A stretch of DNA of 59,535 nucleotides, the filler included, from Dugesia japonica (taxonomy: Eukaryota), in the NCBI GenBank assembly GCA_001938525.1. It is 5 parts of 5 records of this genome, joined end to end, with 100 filler letters (N's around TTAATTAATTAA, not from the genome) between each part and the next. Parts side by side here need not be neighbours in the genome. Positions count along the whole stretch, not along the records: positions 10,717 to 23,646 come from MQRL01583279.1; positions 23,747 to 34,075 come from MQRL01595122.1; 3 more parts are not named here. The stretch is one strand, 5' to 3'. A program made the translations under genes and the position numbers. Below are positions 13,661-24,961 of the stretch, in pieces. Position 1 is the stretch's first letter. Every line of letters starts with the position of its first letter. The notes under the pieces were generated by a model, which ran no database searches, was not told where the DNA came from, and worked only from the letters and a program-made list of their open reading frames with translations.

Positions 13661-14029
13661 ATCACTTGTGTTGGGGCGAAACACCCCGAGGAACAATAAT
13701 CCGAGTTAAAAGGGGTCACAAATGACCAGTACCAAATTAAANNNNNNNNNNNNNNNNNNNNNNNNNNNNNNNNNNNNNNNNNNNNNNNNNNNNNNNNNNN
13801 NNNNNNNNNNNNNNNNNNNNNNNNNNNNNNNNNNNNNNNNNNNNNNNNNNNNNNNNNNNNNNCAAATGAAGAAATAAATGCAAGAAAATAATAATTAATT
13901 TAAACGGAAAAATTAATTAAAATTGAGGTAAAATCTATTTTTGGTAAATAATTCCGGTCAGGAAAGTCGGTGAGAATCCGGTGAAGAAAATTCATGAAGA
14001 GAACAGCAAGGGGCAATAGGATTTATCAG

Positions 14030-14290
14030 TAAGAAAAACTTACCATCTTCCAGAGGGTTGGTACAGGGTCCACAAGATCGGAGCAATAGGAGGCCTAAAA
14101 AATAAAAATAATACAAAGAAAAAACCATCACCTGGTTCTCTAAAAATAGTGGCTAATCAGAGTTCTAAAACTCTGAAAAAATTTTGGAATCGTGGCACCA
14201 AATCCAATAAGATCCAATTAATCCAAACTAAAAATAACTGGCCAATGCCAGACAAGTTGGGGTGTTTCAGGAATCGTATAAAAGGACCCC
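14030..14290 (+). promoter_or_regulatory. putative Pol II promoter in left arm of element A
   Basis: CCAAT at 14205, 14214, 14242; TATAAAAG at 14277; block similar to 50065-50305 and the reverse complement of 18181-18370. Confidence 0.55.
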
Positions 14291-14611
14291 CGGTTTTAGC
14301 AGAAAAAACACATTAATTTCAAGTTAATTCAAGTCAATAACGCACAAAAAAAAGAGATAATCAAAACCCTCAACAAATTTCTAATTGTTACGCAGAAGAA
14401 AAAGTTTAACCACAAATTTGTCTATCATCATCGAGAAGTTACGATTATATCAGTTATCGCGCAGCGGTCAATCACTATACCCTAAACAGTAATTTATTAT
14501 TTCAGAATTGCAAATTAACCAACGAATTATTTTGAACAGTTAAAGTNAAAGTTAATTCGGAAAGCCATCACTAAGCTCACAAACGTTAAGGACCAGAATT
14601 AACCGTTGCAG

Positions 14612-14643
14612 AAATCTCCGAAATTTTTATCCCAAAGAAATAA
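14612..14643 (+). other. putative non-coding leader micro-exon (element A)
   Basis: ttaaccgttgcAG|aaatctcc...aaataA|GTaaag; same accgttgcagaaat context as 50580. Confidence 0.45.
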
Positions 14644-14884
14644 GTAAAGTTTAATTTTAATTATGTGTAATGTGAATTATGATTATTATAATAAACAGGT
14701 CGGGTGAACAACTAATTTTCTTTTTTATAAAAAAAATAATAAATATTCTAAAATCAAAAACCTAATCATGAAAAAATTAGGGTATCAAATTGATGGATAA
14801 ATAATATGTTTTTATAAATCATTGATAGTAATTACATAATTGTGATAAGTGTATATTAAAAATAAATTCAAAGCAAAATCTTTT

Positions 14885-15430
14885 TATTTAAAAATAATCG
14901 ACTATTCTATCGGTGACATCAAAGGAAAATTGTTTCACTAACCTCTCAATACATAACACACCGCAGTGAGCAATACCCCCTGTTCCGTTAAGTTGTTTGT
15001 CCACTAGTTTCCGAACGTGTTACAATCTTCTGATATGATAAAAATTCACGAGAATAATTCCACACAGATAATTGTTAAANNNNNNNNNNNNNNNNNNNNN
15101 NNNNNNNATCCACTATGTGGCAGCAGCATGGAAATTCTGAAAGGCACCAGTTGTAAATTGCCAATATCAGTATATAGTTCAAATCTCCGTTGTGTATAGA
15201 CATTAAATAATAGACATCACTCGTTTGCCACCATATTAATTCACGATACAAGATAAGTATGTGATAGTTCTGTTGGCTGTACCGTCGATTCAATCACTGA
15301 TTCATTAATGCAGACTAAATACACTGACACACCTACTTGGAAGATGTACACCCCAGGTGGCAAATTAATATATTATGTCACACTGTTGTCAAGGAGAAAG
15401 TTCGCCAAGTGACAACGACGCGTGTAAATT
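14885..15430 (-). pseudogene. degenerate minus-strand cassette, unknown protein
   Basis: Minus frame NLPPGVYIFQVGVSVYLVCINES...; after the gap KLVDKQLNGTGGIAHCGVLCIERLVKQFSFDVTDRIVDYF* followed by AATAAA; contains stops. Confidence 0.35.
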
Positions 15431-15884
15431 TTAAACTAGATTAAATTTTAATTTTACTAATTTAATTATTTATCTATGGTATCGACCTTGTTAGTGGCAC
15501 TACTATTTATTGTCACTGATAAGATTATTATGATTTTCTATTGCACACAATTTCTGTTACGACAATTATTTTGAGTTATGGCCACTACTATTATTAAGGA
15601 CGTTAATCAAGTTTATTAATCTGTACCCCGTACTAACATTTGTATTATAACGTCACCTCTCATTACCATGTTCATTCTTTTTGACTAACAACCATCTAAT
15701 ATTGGTGTTTTTAATGATTCGTATGGGGAACAGCGGCCCCGGATTGCAAATCTAACCACGTTGCACTCGTTTTGAAAGTAAGGGAAATAACTTCCCCATG
15801 ATATTATCTAACTATACTGGCGATGGCGGTTTTTCGTAATGGACTAAATCGTGGGGATGATTAATAAAATATGTTATTTAGCTC

Positions 15885-16067
15885 ATGCCCAACGAATTGT
15901 ACCGAGTTATGCGAGAGATAAAACAACCAAGAAAAGTTGATCGTCGAAAACAGCTAGTCGCTCATATCCTAACCCGCGGGAAAGTAGAATATCCGGATGA
16001 AACGGACTTGTGCTGTTTTGCCGAGATGTTTCCCATGGACGGGAAGGTAGATATAGACGAGGGGTGA
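15885..16067 (+). CDS. small conserved cassette protein 1 (60 aa), unknown function
   Basis: Acceptor tttAG at 15881, AATAAA 16116; homologous to 54625-54810 (KQL.AH.L.RG..E.PDETDL.CFA.MFP...KVDIDE). Confidence 0.75.
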   Translation: MPNELYRVMREIKQPRKVDRRKQLVAHILTRGKVEYPDETDLCCFAEMFPMDGKVDIDEG

Positions 16068-16205
16068 TTCGTTTCTTTGGTTTCAGGGATTGTCGCGTAT
16101 TTAAGTGTGATCAGCAATAAAGTGACTTATGCTCCACTTTTAACTCACTTATGTCATCTTAATATTATATTATTGAAATTTTACTAGCCTTATCTTAATC
16201 TTAGG

Positions 16206-16562
16206 ATGGATTCGATATGGATACGCGTCGTCGATAGTAGGACCCGGCGACCAATACTCCGTCGTTATTACAATCCACATAACCGGGATGCGGGTATTTT
16301 GACAGATCGGTCAAACTTACCACCGGTCGAATCAATCGTTGGCCGCATTAATGATTTCGGAGAACGGCAAGGATATCAGACATGGACAGGCCCAAATCGC
16401 ACCGTCGCGACCTCGTTTTCATATCAGCCTACCACCCCTCCCCCAGCTCCGGCGATACAAGCTTTCATCGCTAATCTCCTATGGGGAGTCCGGGATCCGA
16501 ATGGGGTAACGGATATTGATAATACCGCCCCCAACTCCGACAATACTATTAATCCATCTTGA
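16206..16562 (+). CDS. small conserved cassette protein 2 (118 aa), unknown function
   Basis: Acceptor ttAG at 16204, AATAAA 16584; homologous to 54937-55349 (MD..W....D.RT.R.I...Y..P..R.AG.L.D; LW..R; N.AP.S). Confidence 0.7.
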   Translation: MDSIWIRVVDSRTRRPILRRYYNPHNRDAGILTDRSNLPPVESIVGRINDFGERQGYQTWTGPNRTVATSFSYQPTTPPPAPAIQAFIANLLWGVRDPNGVTDIDNTAPNSDNTINPS

Positions 16563-16825
16563 TTTTTTGTTGTTTTGTTTAGTAATAAATAAGTGTTTTT
16601 ATTCTCGGCTACTTTCTAACTTTTCGTGTGGTTAAGCGTATTGAGAAGAGGATTTAATATTGATTTTTTTATAGAATTTCCTCGTAAAATCATAAAGTAA
16701 TATTTATACCTAGAGGGTTCTTTTCAATTTTCATTTAATAATATGGGTAATCATACTAATTTTATGTTTCTCGTCTCAGCCAATATCAGACAAAGTGTAA
16801 TACCTTAGATGTACTTTTATTTCAG

Positions 16826-17169
16826 TGCATTCGTCCTTAAATAAATCCCAGGCGCCAAATAAGAAATTACGAGAGGATAGTGAGGATATGGAACTCACTT
16901 GGGATCTTTATAAACTGGTTAAAAGGCGTTGGGAAGCCGAGGCTAAGGTGAAACGATTTCGACGGAAATGTTTGACCTTTAAAGCAGAGATGGATGCCAC
17001 CCAGAATCAAGAGCGGGTGTGGAAGTCTCAGTGGGAGATCTTTACCAACATTATCAAGTCCTATCAAGAACGGGAAAACCAGTTGTTAGATAATATAGTG
17101 AAGTTGAGGGCCGCTATCCCATTGACACCTCTCATGATCGATAAAGGAACCCAAACTGGTCGTTCTTGA
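16826..17169 (+). CDS. basic coiled-coil cassette protein 3 with C-terminal KGTQT motif; ATG probably formed by splicing (A|TG)
   Basis: ttcAG|TGCAT; AATAAA 17198; strong amino-acid similarity to 55537-55839. Confidence 0.72.
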
Positions 17170-17270
17170 GTTATCTTATCCACTTTGTTATTACTCTAAT
17201 AAATAATTAAACTTCTGTTTATTTCTTCAGAATTGGGTTTTGACCACTTAATTATAATTCTTTATTTTAG

Positions 17271-17620
17271 TGCCAAGAATCACCTTCCCAACGAGTTTGA
17301 AAAAGTGCCATAGAATTATGCGCCGCCTACTGGTCAAACGTCATCTAAAACGTAAGGCAGATAGGGCCATCCTCAAGCATCTAGCCAAGCGTGACCAACT
17401 TATAAAAAAGTTAGATTTGGTCGTAAGGATACAAACGGATCTGGCGACCCAAACCAAAGCCCTTGAGGCAGAAAATAAACAAATACTGTTGAGAAAGATA
17501 GAGTTTCTCAAACAGTATATCGCCGACCTCTCCCGTCNGATAAACAACCCCACAACATTGCAATGGGATGATAACGACGATATTGTCGCATTCAACTTCT
17601 CCGTGTCCGACCCAGACTAA
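17271..17620 (+). CDS. basic coiled-coil cassette protein 4; ATG probably formed by splicing
   Basis: ttttAG|TGCCA; open frame of about 116 aa with heptad pattern and acidic tail; AATAAA 17667. Confidence 0.6.
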
Positions 17621-17694
17621 TGGCTAGATCCAGGAGCACTGGATTTACTCTAAACATGTTGCTCTTAATAAAATAATTTTAATCAGAGTTGTAA

Positions 17695-18177
17695 TTTATT
17701 TCTCTTGGATAATAATGGGGCAAAATATTGAACCCACAATTAAAGGTTTATAGGTGCGTACCTTCTATTAAGAGTAAGGTCAACCGCCATAAACTGAAAA
17801 CCTACCACAGGGACGGTAGGGTAAATTCTTGAAAGGGTTCCCCTGAGGGTTGTTTTTTCCCCAGCCACTTTTGCTTGTGACTCAACTCAGGTGGGACCCC
17901 AATACTTGTTATACATAAATTAATAATTAGGAAAAATAACAACACTAACATGATCTGGATACAGATTTGGAGCAAGCACAAGAGCATAACATCCTTCCCA
18001 TTCGTCCAAAAGTGACTCCAAAGTTTCTCCATAATAATGAGTCCTAGTAATCCAATCGGAAATCGTTGCACCATGGATTAACGAGTAAAAATAATCACCT
18101 TTTTTGATAATAGAATTTTTTCCGGTCAAACTCGATATTTGTCTGGTTAAAAGTGTTATTTTTAGTGAAATTTTCAT
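17695..18177 (-). pseudogene. minus-strand unit of element A, unknown (overlapping ORFs 17802-18074 and 17920-18177)
   Basis: Lies immediately downstream of minus-strand TATAAATA; minus-strand AATAAA at 17695-17700 converges with the plus-strand poly(A) signal. Confidence 0.35.
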
Positions 18178-18180
18178 GGG

Positions 18181-18370
18181 TATTTATACCGGTTTCTCTT
18201 CACACCCTCATTCTGTTCATTGGTTATTTGGAGTCGTATGATTTTTCTGACGTTTTCATTGGCTTGAACGTCATATGAGTTCTTTTTATTGGTTGATGTT
18301 TTTAGATTTTGAATCTATTGGACAACCTTCAAACCCTTGTATCATTTTCCTGAGACTCGTAACGATTTTT
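18181..18370 (-). promoter_or_regulatory. putative Pol II promoter in right arm of element A
   Basis: Minus-strand TATAAATA 18188-18181 with four upstream CCAAT; reverse complement aligns with 50065-50120 (aaaatc-ttac..caagg.tttgaag.tt..ccaata). Confidence 0.55.
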
Positions 18371-18978
18371 TAACTTAGATTTTCAAGATCTCTGATTTTT
18401 TCATGACCAGAACTTTTTTAACTGCTAATATTTTCACCATGGGAAGTTGTCGTATTTGGCATTTTTCATGAACTAATTAATTTTCTTTTAAAAAATAATT
18501 TATTTTAAATTGTTCGAATTATTTTATTTAAATNNNNNNNNNNNNNNNNNNNNNNNNNNNNNNNNNNNNNNNNNNNNNNNNNNNNNNNNNNNNNNNNNNN
18601 NNNNNNNNNNNNNNNNNNNNNNNNNNNNNNNNNNNNNNNNNNNNNNNNNNNNNNNNNNNNNNNNNNNNNNNNNNNCATTTTCTTGATTTTGCCCAATGAA
18701 ATAATGGTTATTCATTATCTTTCTTTGTCCTGCTACAACTTCTATTACTACTTTTCTTCTTTGGTCTGTTCTTTTCTGAGTGGTTTCTTGTTGTAAATTT
18801 TGGGTTTTGTTGATTATTTCGTTGGTTTTAAATACCAATCTCGGCTTTCCTTTTAATTATTTCCTTCTTTCACTGAACTATATTCCTCTTAGGTCTGAAT
18901 GCTTCGCTTTCTTTTTTGACGACAATTTTTTAACTTGTCACCATTTTTATTTTCGGTATCCGGTGTTTCACCCCAACA

Positions 18979-19785
18979 GTTGTATAACTTCCCAGAAAGC
19001 TAAAGTGTTGACAACAAAAACGAAAGAAGAAACAAAAAAAACGCAGCCAGCTAAAATATTTGAACTGTGATTTATAGATGTGTGGGGACCACTGTCGGAG
19101 ACAAGAAGTTGATAATAATATTTTCTCGGTATAATATACCAATGTTATAAGTATGTAGCCTTGATAGCAATGACAAAACAAGATGAAGATATCATATGGA
19201 AAGCAATATTGGAGAAGTGGATATTAAAGTTCGGGTGTCGGAGAGAAATTATAGTATATTGTGGAAGAGCATTTAAATCTAAATCAATCAAAATTTTTGC
19301 AGCTGATCATGGAATTACTCTCAGGTTTTTTAGTTCATATCATCATAACACAAATGAGCAAATCAAGAGGCAGTTTAGAACTATGCAGGATATGATTAAT
19401 GCAACTCTTAAAGAAAAGAAAACCTTTGATTGGGCGGATGTATTGCCAGAGATAGAATTTACTTTGAATGCTACAAATTAGAAAACTATCGGAAAAAGCC
19501 CTGTTGAAATCGTATTTGGGAAGAGAATAAGCAGAGAAAAATAGTATGAAACCAATACTTAAAGAGTGCACAAAGAACAAGAGGAAGAAATATTAACCAA
19601 AAGACAATTCGAGATCGGTGATAAGTTCTTAGTAAAAGATGAAACAAGAACCAAAATCGTTATAAAAAACCCTATAATATCAAGAAGAAGATTCATGACA
19701 GACGTAACATCCTGGAAGATAAGAACGGAAAAAGTCTCGAAAGAAATGTAGAGAAGATCAAAAAATTCTTAAAATGAGTGATGCG
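18979..19785 (+). pseudogene. Ty3/Gypsy integrase remnant
   Basis: CITSQKAK (zinc-finger end), FID.CGPL, SSYHHNTNEQIKRQFRT, LPEIEFTLNAT, TIGKSPVEIVFG; several stops. Confidence 0.82.
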
Positions 19786-20606
19786 AGTTGAAATTTTGTG
19801 CTTTGATTGGGAATTATTTTTTTAAAATCTCTTATTTAAAAATTGAAAGTCACAAATTAATCAAGAAATTAAAATAAAGTTTTGTTACGAAAATTATGTG
19901 TAGTTAAAGATTAATCCCAATATATTTTATACAGAAATATTTAAATTTTCAAATTTTTAAAATTAAAAATTTAATATTTAAGTAATGAATGATGTTTTAT
20001 TTTAAAATTTTGTAAAAGTTTTAAATGAAATTTCGATAACAGATAATTATCTTAAAATTTCGAAGTATTTTTAATAAAGTTTGAATTAAAAATTTTAAAT
20101 TTATTAGAAAGTAATTTCCAATTGAAGCATAGNTTTTAATTTGTTTGATTAAACAAATAATGAAGTTTGTAAGTTTTTATTTTGAAATAAATTATTTAGA
20201 GTTGAAATTTGATGTTGATTATCCGAATTCTCAAAACTGATCTAACATTTCCCATTGCCATAATAACGAAATTACGAAATATTAGAACCCATAAATTGAG
20301 AGATGAGTGTATATAAAGTGACTACCAATTCAATAAAATTTACAATAATGTACATCGTTACAAATCTAACTTGATAAAAAATGCTAATTCAAATAAAAGA
20401 TTACCAACAGGAATAAAATTTCACAAATAATAAATACAAATATTATAACAAAATGAACTTTCAATAATGTTTTATCACACACGTAATAGTTAATTTAAAC
20501 TCAAAATTCTACTCCAAGCCTTCAAAAAAAAAATTATCGCCACTGTAAATTATTCCAAAAATTAATAAAATTAAGTTTTTTAAAAATTCAACTTTATTAA
20601 TCTTTT

Positions 20607-21860
20607 CTCACATCCACCCCTTTCAAGAAAATTTTGAATTTTTTCTGTATTTCTCTAAATCTTCTTCCCTCTTCTATCTTGAAATCAGTGACTTTTTTCA
20701 TGTAATTTCTTTACCACAAATTCGCTACAAATTTACTCTTGTTTTTATCTCCTCTTTCTTATTTCACCAAAACCGATTGAAATTTACCTCTTGTATGATT
20801 CTTCTCATTACTTATTCTCTGCTCTTCCAACACTCTTTTGTACCAACATTCCATGCTAATAGATCTGACTAACATAAATTCTACTGGACTCTTTTCGGTT
20901 GGCTTTTGAACCATCGAAAATTCTACCTCTAACAGATATGCCACACAATTAGTTGTACCCATTTTTTTAATCGAAGTATTGATCCATTCTATTATCGTTC
21001 TAAATTGCTTTCTGATCTGTCCTTAAGAATAATGATGACATGAGTTATCGCTTTGTGATCTGTTCTCAATCTAAAATTTTCCCATACAAATAGTGTTTCA
21101 ACTGGATACAGAAATAATTTATCGGATCTAACATTTATTGAGTCTCCTTTCTTGACTATTCTATAAATCATCAAATATGTTCGTCTCAAATCCCAATTTG
21201 ACACCATAAATAAATAATACATACATATTCCTGTCGCTTAAATATCTCTTCCGATTATTTTAATTTTCGAAATGTTTTGTCCGTATCACCCATTCCCATC
21301 TATCGACCTTACTTCAACATCTCTCCAAACTTTGCTGCTATATTATTTATCAACTCCCCATCGTCTTGTTGCTCATTTTTAACAATTTCTCTAGGCAATT
21401 GAAATCCAAAACTATTTTGAAAATCTATTCCCATATATTTTCTACTTCTACCTGTGGCCCACTCGTCAACACAAACAGCCATGCAGTCTCACTGTCAATC
21501 GAGAATCTTTTTTTGTTAATATACACTTTTCCGAAGACCCTATCTTTATTCTCTCATCTCTGCACGCCTTGAAGAGTCTTTTCATACCCGAATGTTTTTT
21601 AAATCTGGCTACGGTCAACTCCTTTCTTGGTAAAGCCCTCCAATTTGAGTATTTGATTTAACTCCACAATCCATTACTTCTTCCCCAAACTGGTCCCCTT
21701 GTGTTAAAATAATTGTATTATTACTATTTTTCTTCGTAGATGTACTCAATTCTCCTCAGATACCCTAAAAATTGATTGAATGTTCTAGTTTTTGATTTAT
21801 GGGAGATCAAACGACTCTAAAACTAACTCTCTTTGGTTTTGATTCCATGATTCTCGCCTT
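20607..21860 (-). pseudogene. Ty3/Gypsy gag-pol remnant with PPT
   Basis: FRLRTDHKAIT (RNase H), KSPVEF (integrase C-terminus), polypurine gaaaggggtgga followed by TG near 20612. Confidence 0.65.
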
Positions 21861-23584
21861 TTTTTGAATTGTGTAGTAAATAACTATGCCTATGATACTC
21901 TATCCCACAAACTTTCTTTTAGGAAGATAATTGTCGAAAATCTAACAAAATAAAAAACTCATCTTTTGACCGAGGATTTTAATTTAATAAAATCTCAAAT
22001 ACGATTAATGGTTAAGTTCAAAAACTTATCTCGCAATAATTGTAATTGTAATACTATTTTTATGTTGCGAAATTTTATTTGATAAATACAAATCAATGGT
22101 TAACAAAGGAATATAATTGAGAACGATGTTAATCATTTTAAAGATTCGTTTCACATACAAGTATCCGCAACCCAAAATTAGCCAGAGAAAATCATTAAAA
22201 ATTCTATAATTGTGCTCCCAAGAACATCTATGGAAATATATTCAAAGAAAACTTGGCCAATAAAATATTATGCCTAATGAAAAATCAGACTTCTTTTGAG
22301 TAACAAAATATTCTATTTTCATGAGTTTAATATTTAATAGTATGGAAGTATTAAACTTTATTACACAATTTCTGTTTAAAAAAAAGTTAAAAATAATCTC
22401 AATTCGGAAGGAAAAAAATTTGTACTTAAAGACAGAAGCATTGTGACCCACGTTAGAAAACTGAGTACCAAGAAGTTAAACATACTCTGTTTGAATATTA
22501 TGAACTCAGACCAAAGAAGAATGTCAAACATTACATAGAATTTATGGTAAAGATGTAATTGATGACTAGATAACAAGCCTCTAAAAAATATAATTAAAAC
22601 AAACCGTAACTTATAAACCATAAATATTCAAAAGATATAATAAAGCGCTGATTTTTTAAACCAAAATAAATTATTATAAAGTTTGAAAAGAAATAATGAA
22701 CGACTTCTTCCTTACAAATCCATTAACAAAATAAACATTTCACAATATAAAAACCTTGCAAATTTTTCATCAACTTCAAGTTTTAATTAATTGTTTAATA
22801 ACTGCTAATATAAACGAAACAGTCATTTTTCGTATTTTAATGTTTAAAAAATTAATTTTCAAAACAAAAGAGTGATAACAAATCATTTCTAATGCACCAA
22901 AAATGTATTTAACTTCACCAAATACGTATTGAGAATGACACGAAAACAAGCTGGTACACATTTGGAAAAAATTATTTGAAAAAAGAAATAACCACATATT
23001 ACACTTTGATAATTATTAAATTTGTAAATTTTAACAACTTCAAAAAGTTAACAACCATGTGCCGATAAAATAATTTATATATAAATATAGTATTGCAATT
23101 TTAAAATCGTTTAATTATAATGCTGTCAAATTTGATGTTTTGGAGGTGACTGAGGCCACTTATTCAACAAATCTTTGTCACCACACCATTTTTCAAGAAA
23201 ATATTTAAAATGAATAACCTGTGTATCACAAAGAGAAAAGTAATTTCGACTATTGAAAAAATAAATTTAATAGAATATGTTGAAAGTATATAAAAGAACC
23301 CATTAAAAATAACAAAAAATATAACAGTAATAAGATTATAACCACCATTAAATGGTCAACATTGCACCAGAATAACAAAATAACAAAAGACGATTTTGGA
23401 AACCATTTCACTGTATGTAATAATTTTCTGAGCTATTTTACATGAAAAATTACTGAAAAAATGGCACGTCACAAAAATCAATATCACAAATTCTAGACAA
23501 TGAGAAAATACAAATAATATAGTAATATAACATTTTCACCATTTTCCATTGAATAATACTAATAATATCAATAAAATAATAACT

Positions 23585-23585
<1 letters not shown>

Positions 23586-23646
<61 letters not shown>

Positions 23647-23746
23647 NNNNNNNNNNNNNNNNNNNNNNNNNNNNNNNNNNNNNNNNNNNNTTAATTAATT
23701 AANNNNNNNNNNNNNNNNNNNNNNNNNNNNNNNNNNNNNNNNNNNN

Positions 23747-23794
<48 letters not shown>
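23586..23794. repeat. (AAT)n / (TTA)n microsatellites either side of spacer
   Basis: Pure trinucleotide runs 23586-23646 and 23747-23794. Confidence 0.9.
23647..23746. other. artificial contig-joining spacer
   Basis: 44N+TTAATTAATTAA+44N. Confidence 0.97.
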
Positions 23795-23795
<1 letters not shown>

Positions 23796-23999
23796 ATCAT
23801 CACTANNNNNNNNNNNNNNNNNNNNNNNNNNNNNNNNNNNNNNNNNNNNNNNNNNNNNNNNNNNNNNNNNNNNNNNNNNNNNNNNNNNNNNNNNNNNNNN
23901 NNNNNNNNNNNNNNNNNNNNNNNNNNNNNNNNNNNNNNNNNNNNNNNNNNNNNNNNNNNNNNNNNNNNNNNNNNNNNNNNNNNNNNNNNNNNNNTAAAA

Positions 24000-24390
24000 T
24001 TAGTTTTTGCACTACCTCAAAGTAAAAAGCATAACAAATATGAATTTTTTAAGAATCGGGAATATGCAAATGATAATATTCAATGATGTTGTAAACGTTA
24101 CCAAAATGATCCAGTTAACTTACCAGTAGAAAGATGGAATCATTATCAAACTGCTTCTAAAGGAGTAGCCAGAGCAGCGAACTACAATTACTTTTAACAT
24201 TCTCCATTATGAACTTTTAAAAAATGAATAGCAAAAGTATATCCAAATGCAACGAACAGCAGTACTACAAAATATATTTGACATACACCAATCTGTACCC
24301 AAAAGATACAAGTTAATGAAACAACAAGTAAAAAATACAATAGATTGATATCCATCGAGTAAAATTTTAGTTTATTTAAGTAATACATAA
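24000..24390 (+). pseudogene. MULE/Mutator-like transposase C-terminal remnant
   Basis: LPVERWNHYQTASKGVAR..N, HSPL.TF and Y..M...V...I..Y...IL.YL resemble MULE C-termini; heavily degraded. Confidence 0.4.
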
Positions 24391-24559
24391 TTAATAAATT
24401 GATATTGTATTATGTATTAAATTTTATTTTATTGTATTCATTTTATTGTATTTATTGCATTGCATTATTAATATATTAAATATATATTCAATTTGACTTA
24501 GTTACTTAATTACTGGTATTAAATGTTGAATAATCATTATTTAATAAATGGATCATGTG

Positions 24560-24961
24560 TAGGGTTTCCATTTTTACCGGTAACGGTATTTACCGGTAAT
24601 TTGAAAATACCAAATTTCTCAAAAACCGGTAATTTACCGGTAAAAATGGGTTTTAACCGATGGTAAATGATATATATATGGATTTAACAAATAAGAAAAC
24701 TTAATTTAAATATTAAAAAAATCAAAATTTTATTTCAAAATCGCCAAAATAATTATTCATAAAGTCTACATTTTATATATCTAACTAAAACAAATTTTTT
24801 AAAATAATTTTATGTTTTTCTAAAACATTTTTTTTGGCTGTATAAAATTTTTAAGTAAAATAATTATGCGGTAATCGGTGATACCGTTTACCGAAAGAAA
24901 ATCAAAATTTCCAGTAAAACCGATAATTACCGTTTACCGTTTACCGAAAATGGAAACCCTA
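24560..24961. mobile_element. hAT (Ac-like) MITE, 402 bp
   Basis: 15-bp TIR tagggtttccatttt / aaaatggaaacccta, perfect 8-bp TSD atcatgtg, many subterminal taccg/cggta motifs. Confidence 0.93.

Larger units (their letters stand above)
13669..18978. mobile_element. unclassified TG..CA inverted-repeat element with ambisense small-gene cassettes (copy A)
   Basis: 17-bp termini tgttggggcgaaacacc (13669-13685) and ggtgtttcaccccaaca (18962-18978); homologous inward-facing promoter blocks; cassettes homologous to copy B. Confidence 0.72.

Noticed and set aside
13665-18982. 4-bp TSD for element A (cttg / gttg)
   Set aside because: Only 3/4 match, and the left flank does not continue the integrase found on the right; not accepted as evidence
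22040-22620. Possible hAT transposase remnant (DPR motif)
   Set aside because: Too degraded to support
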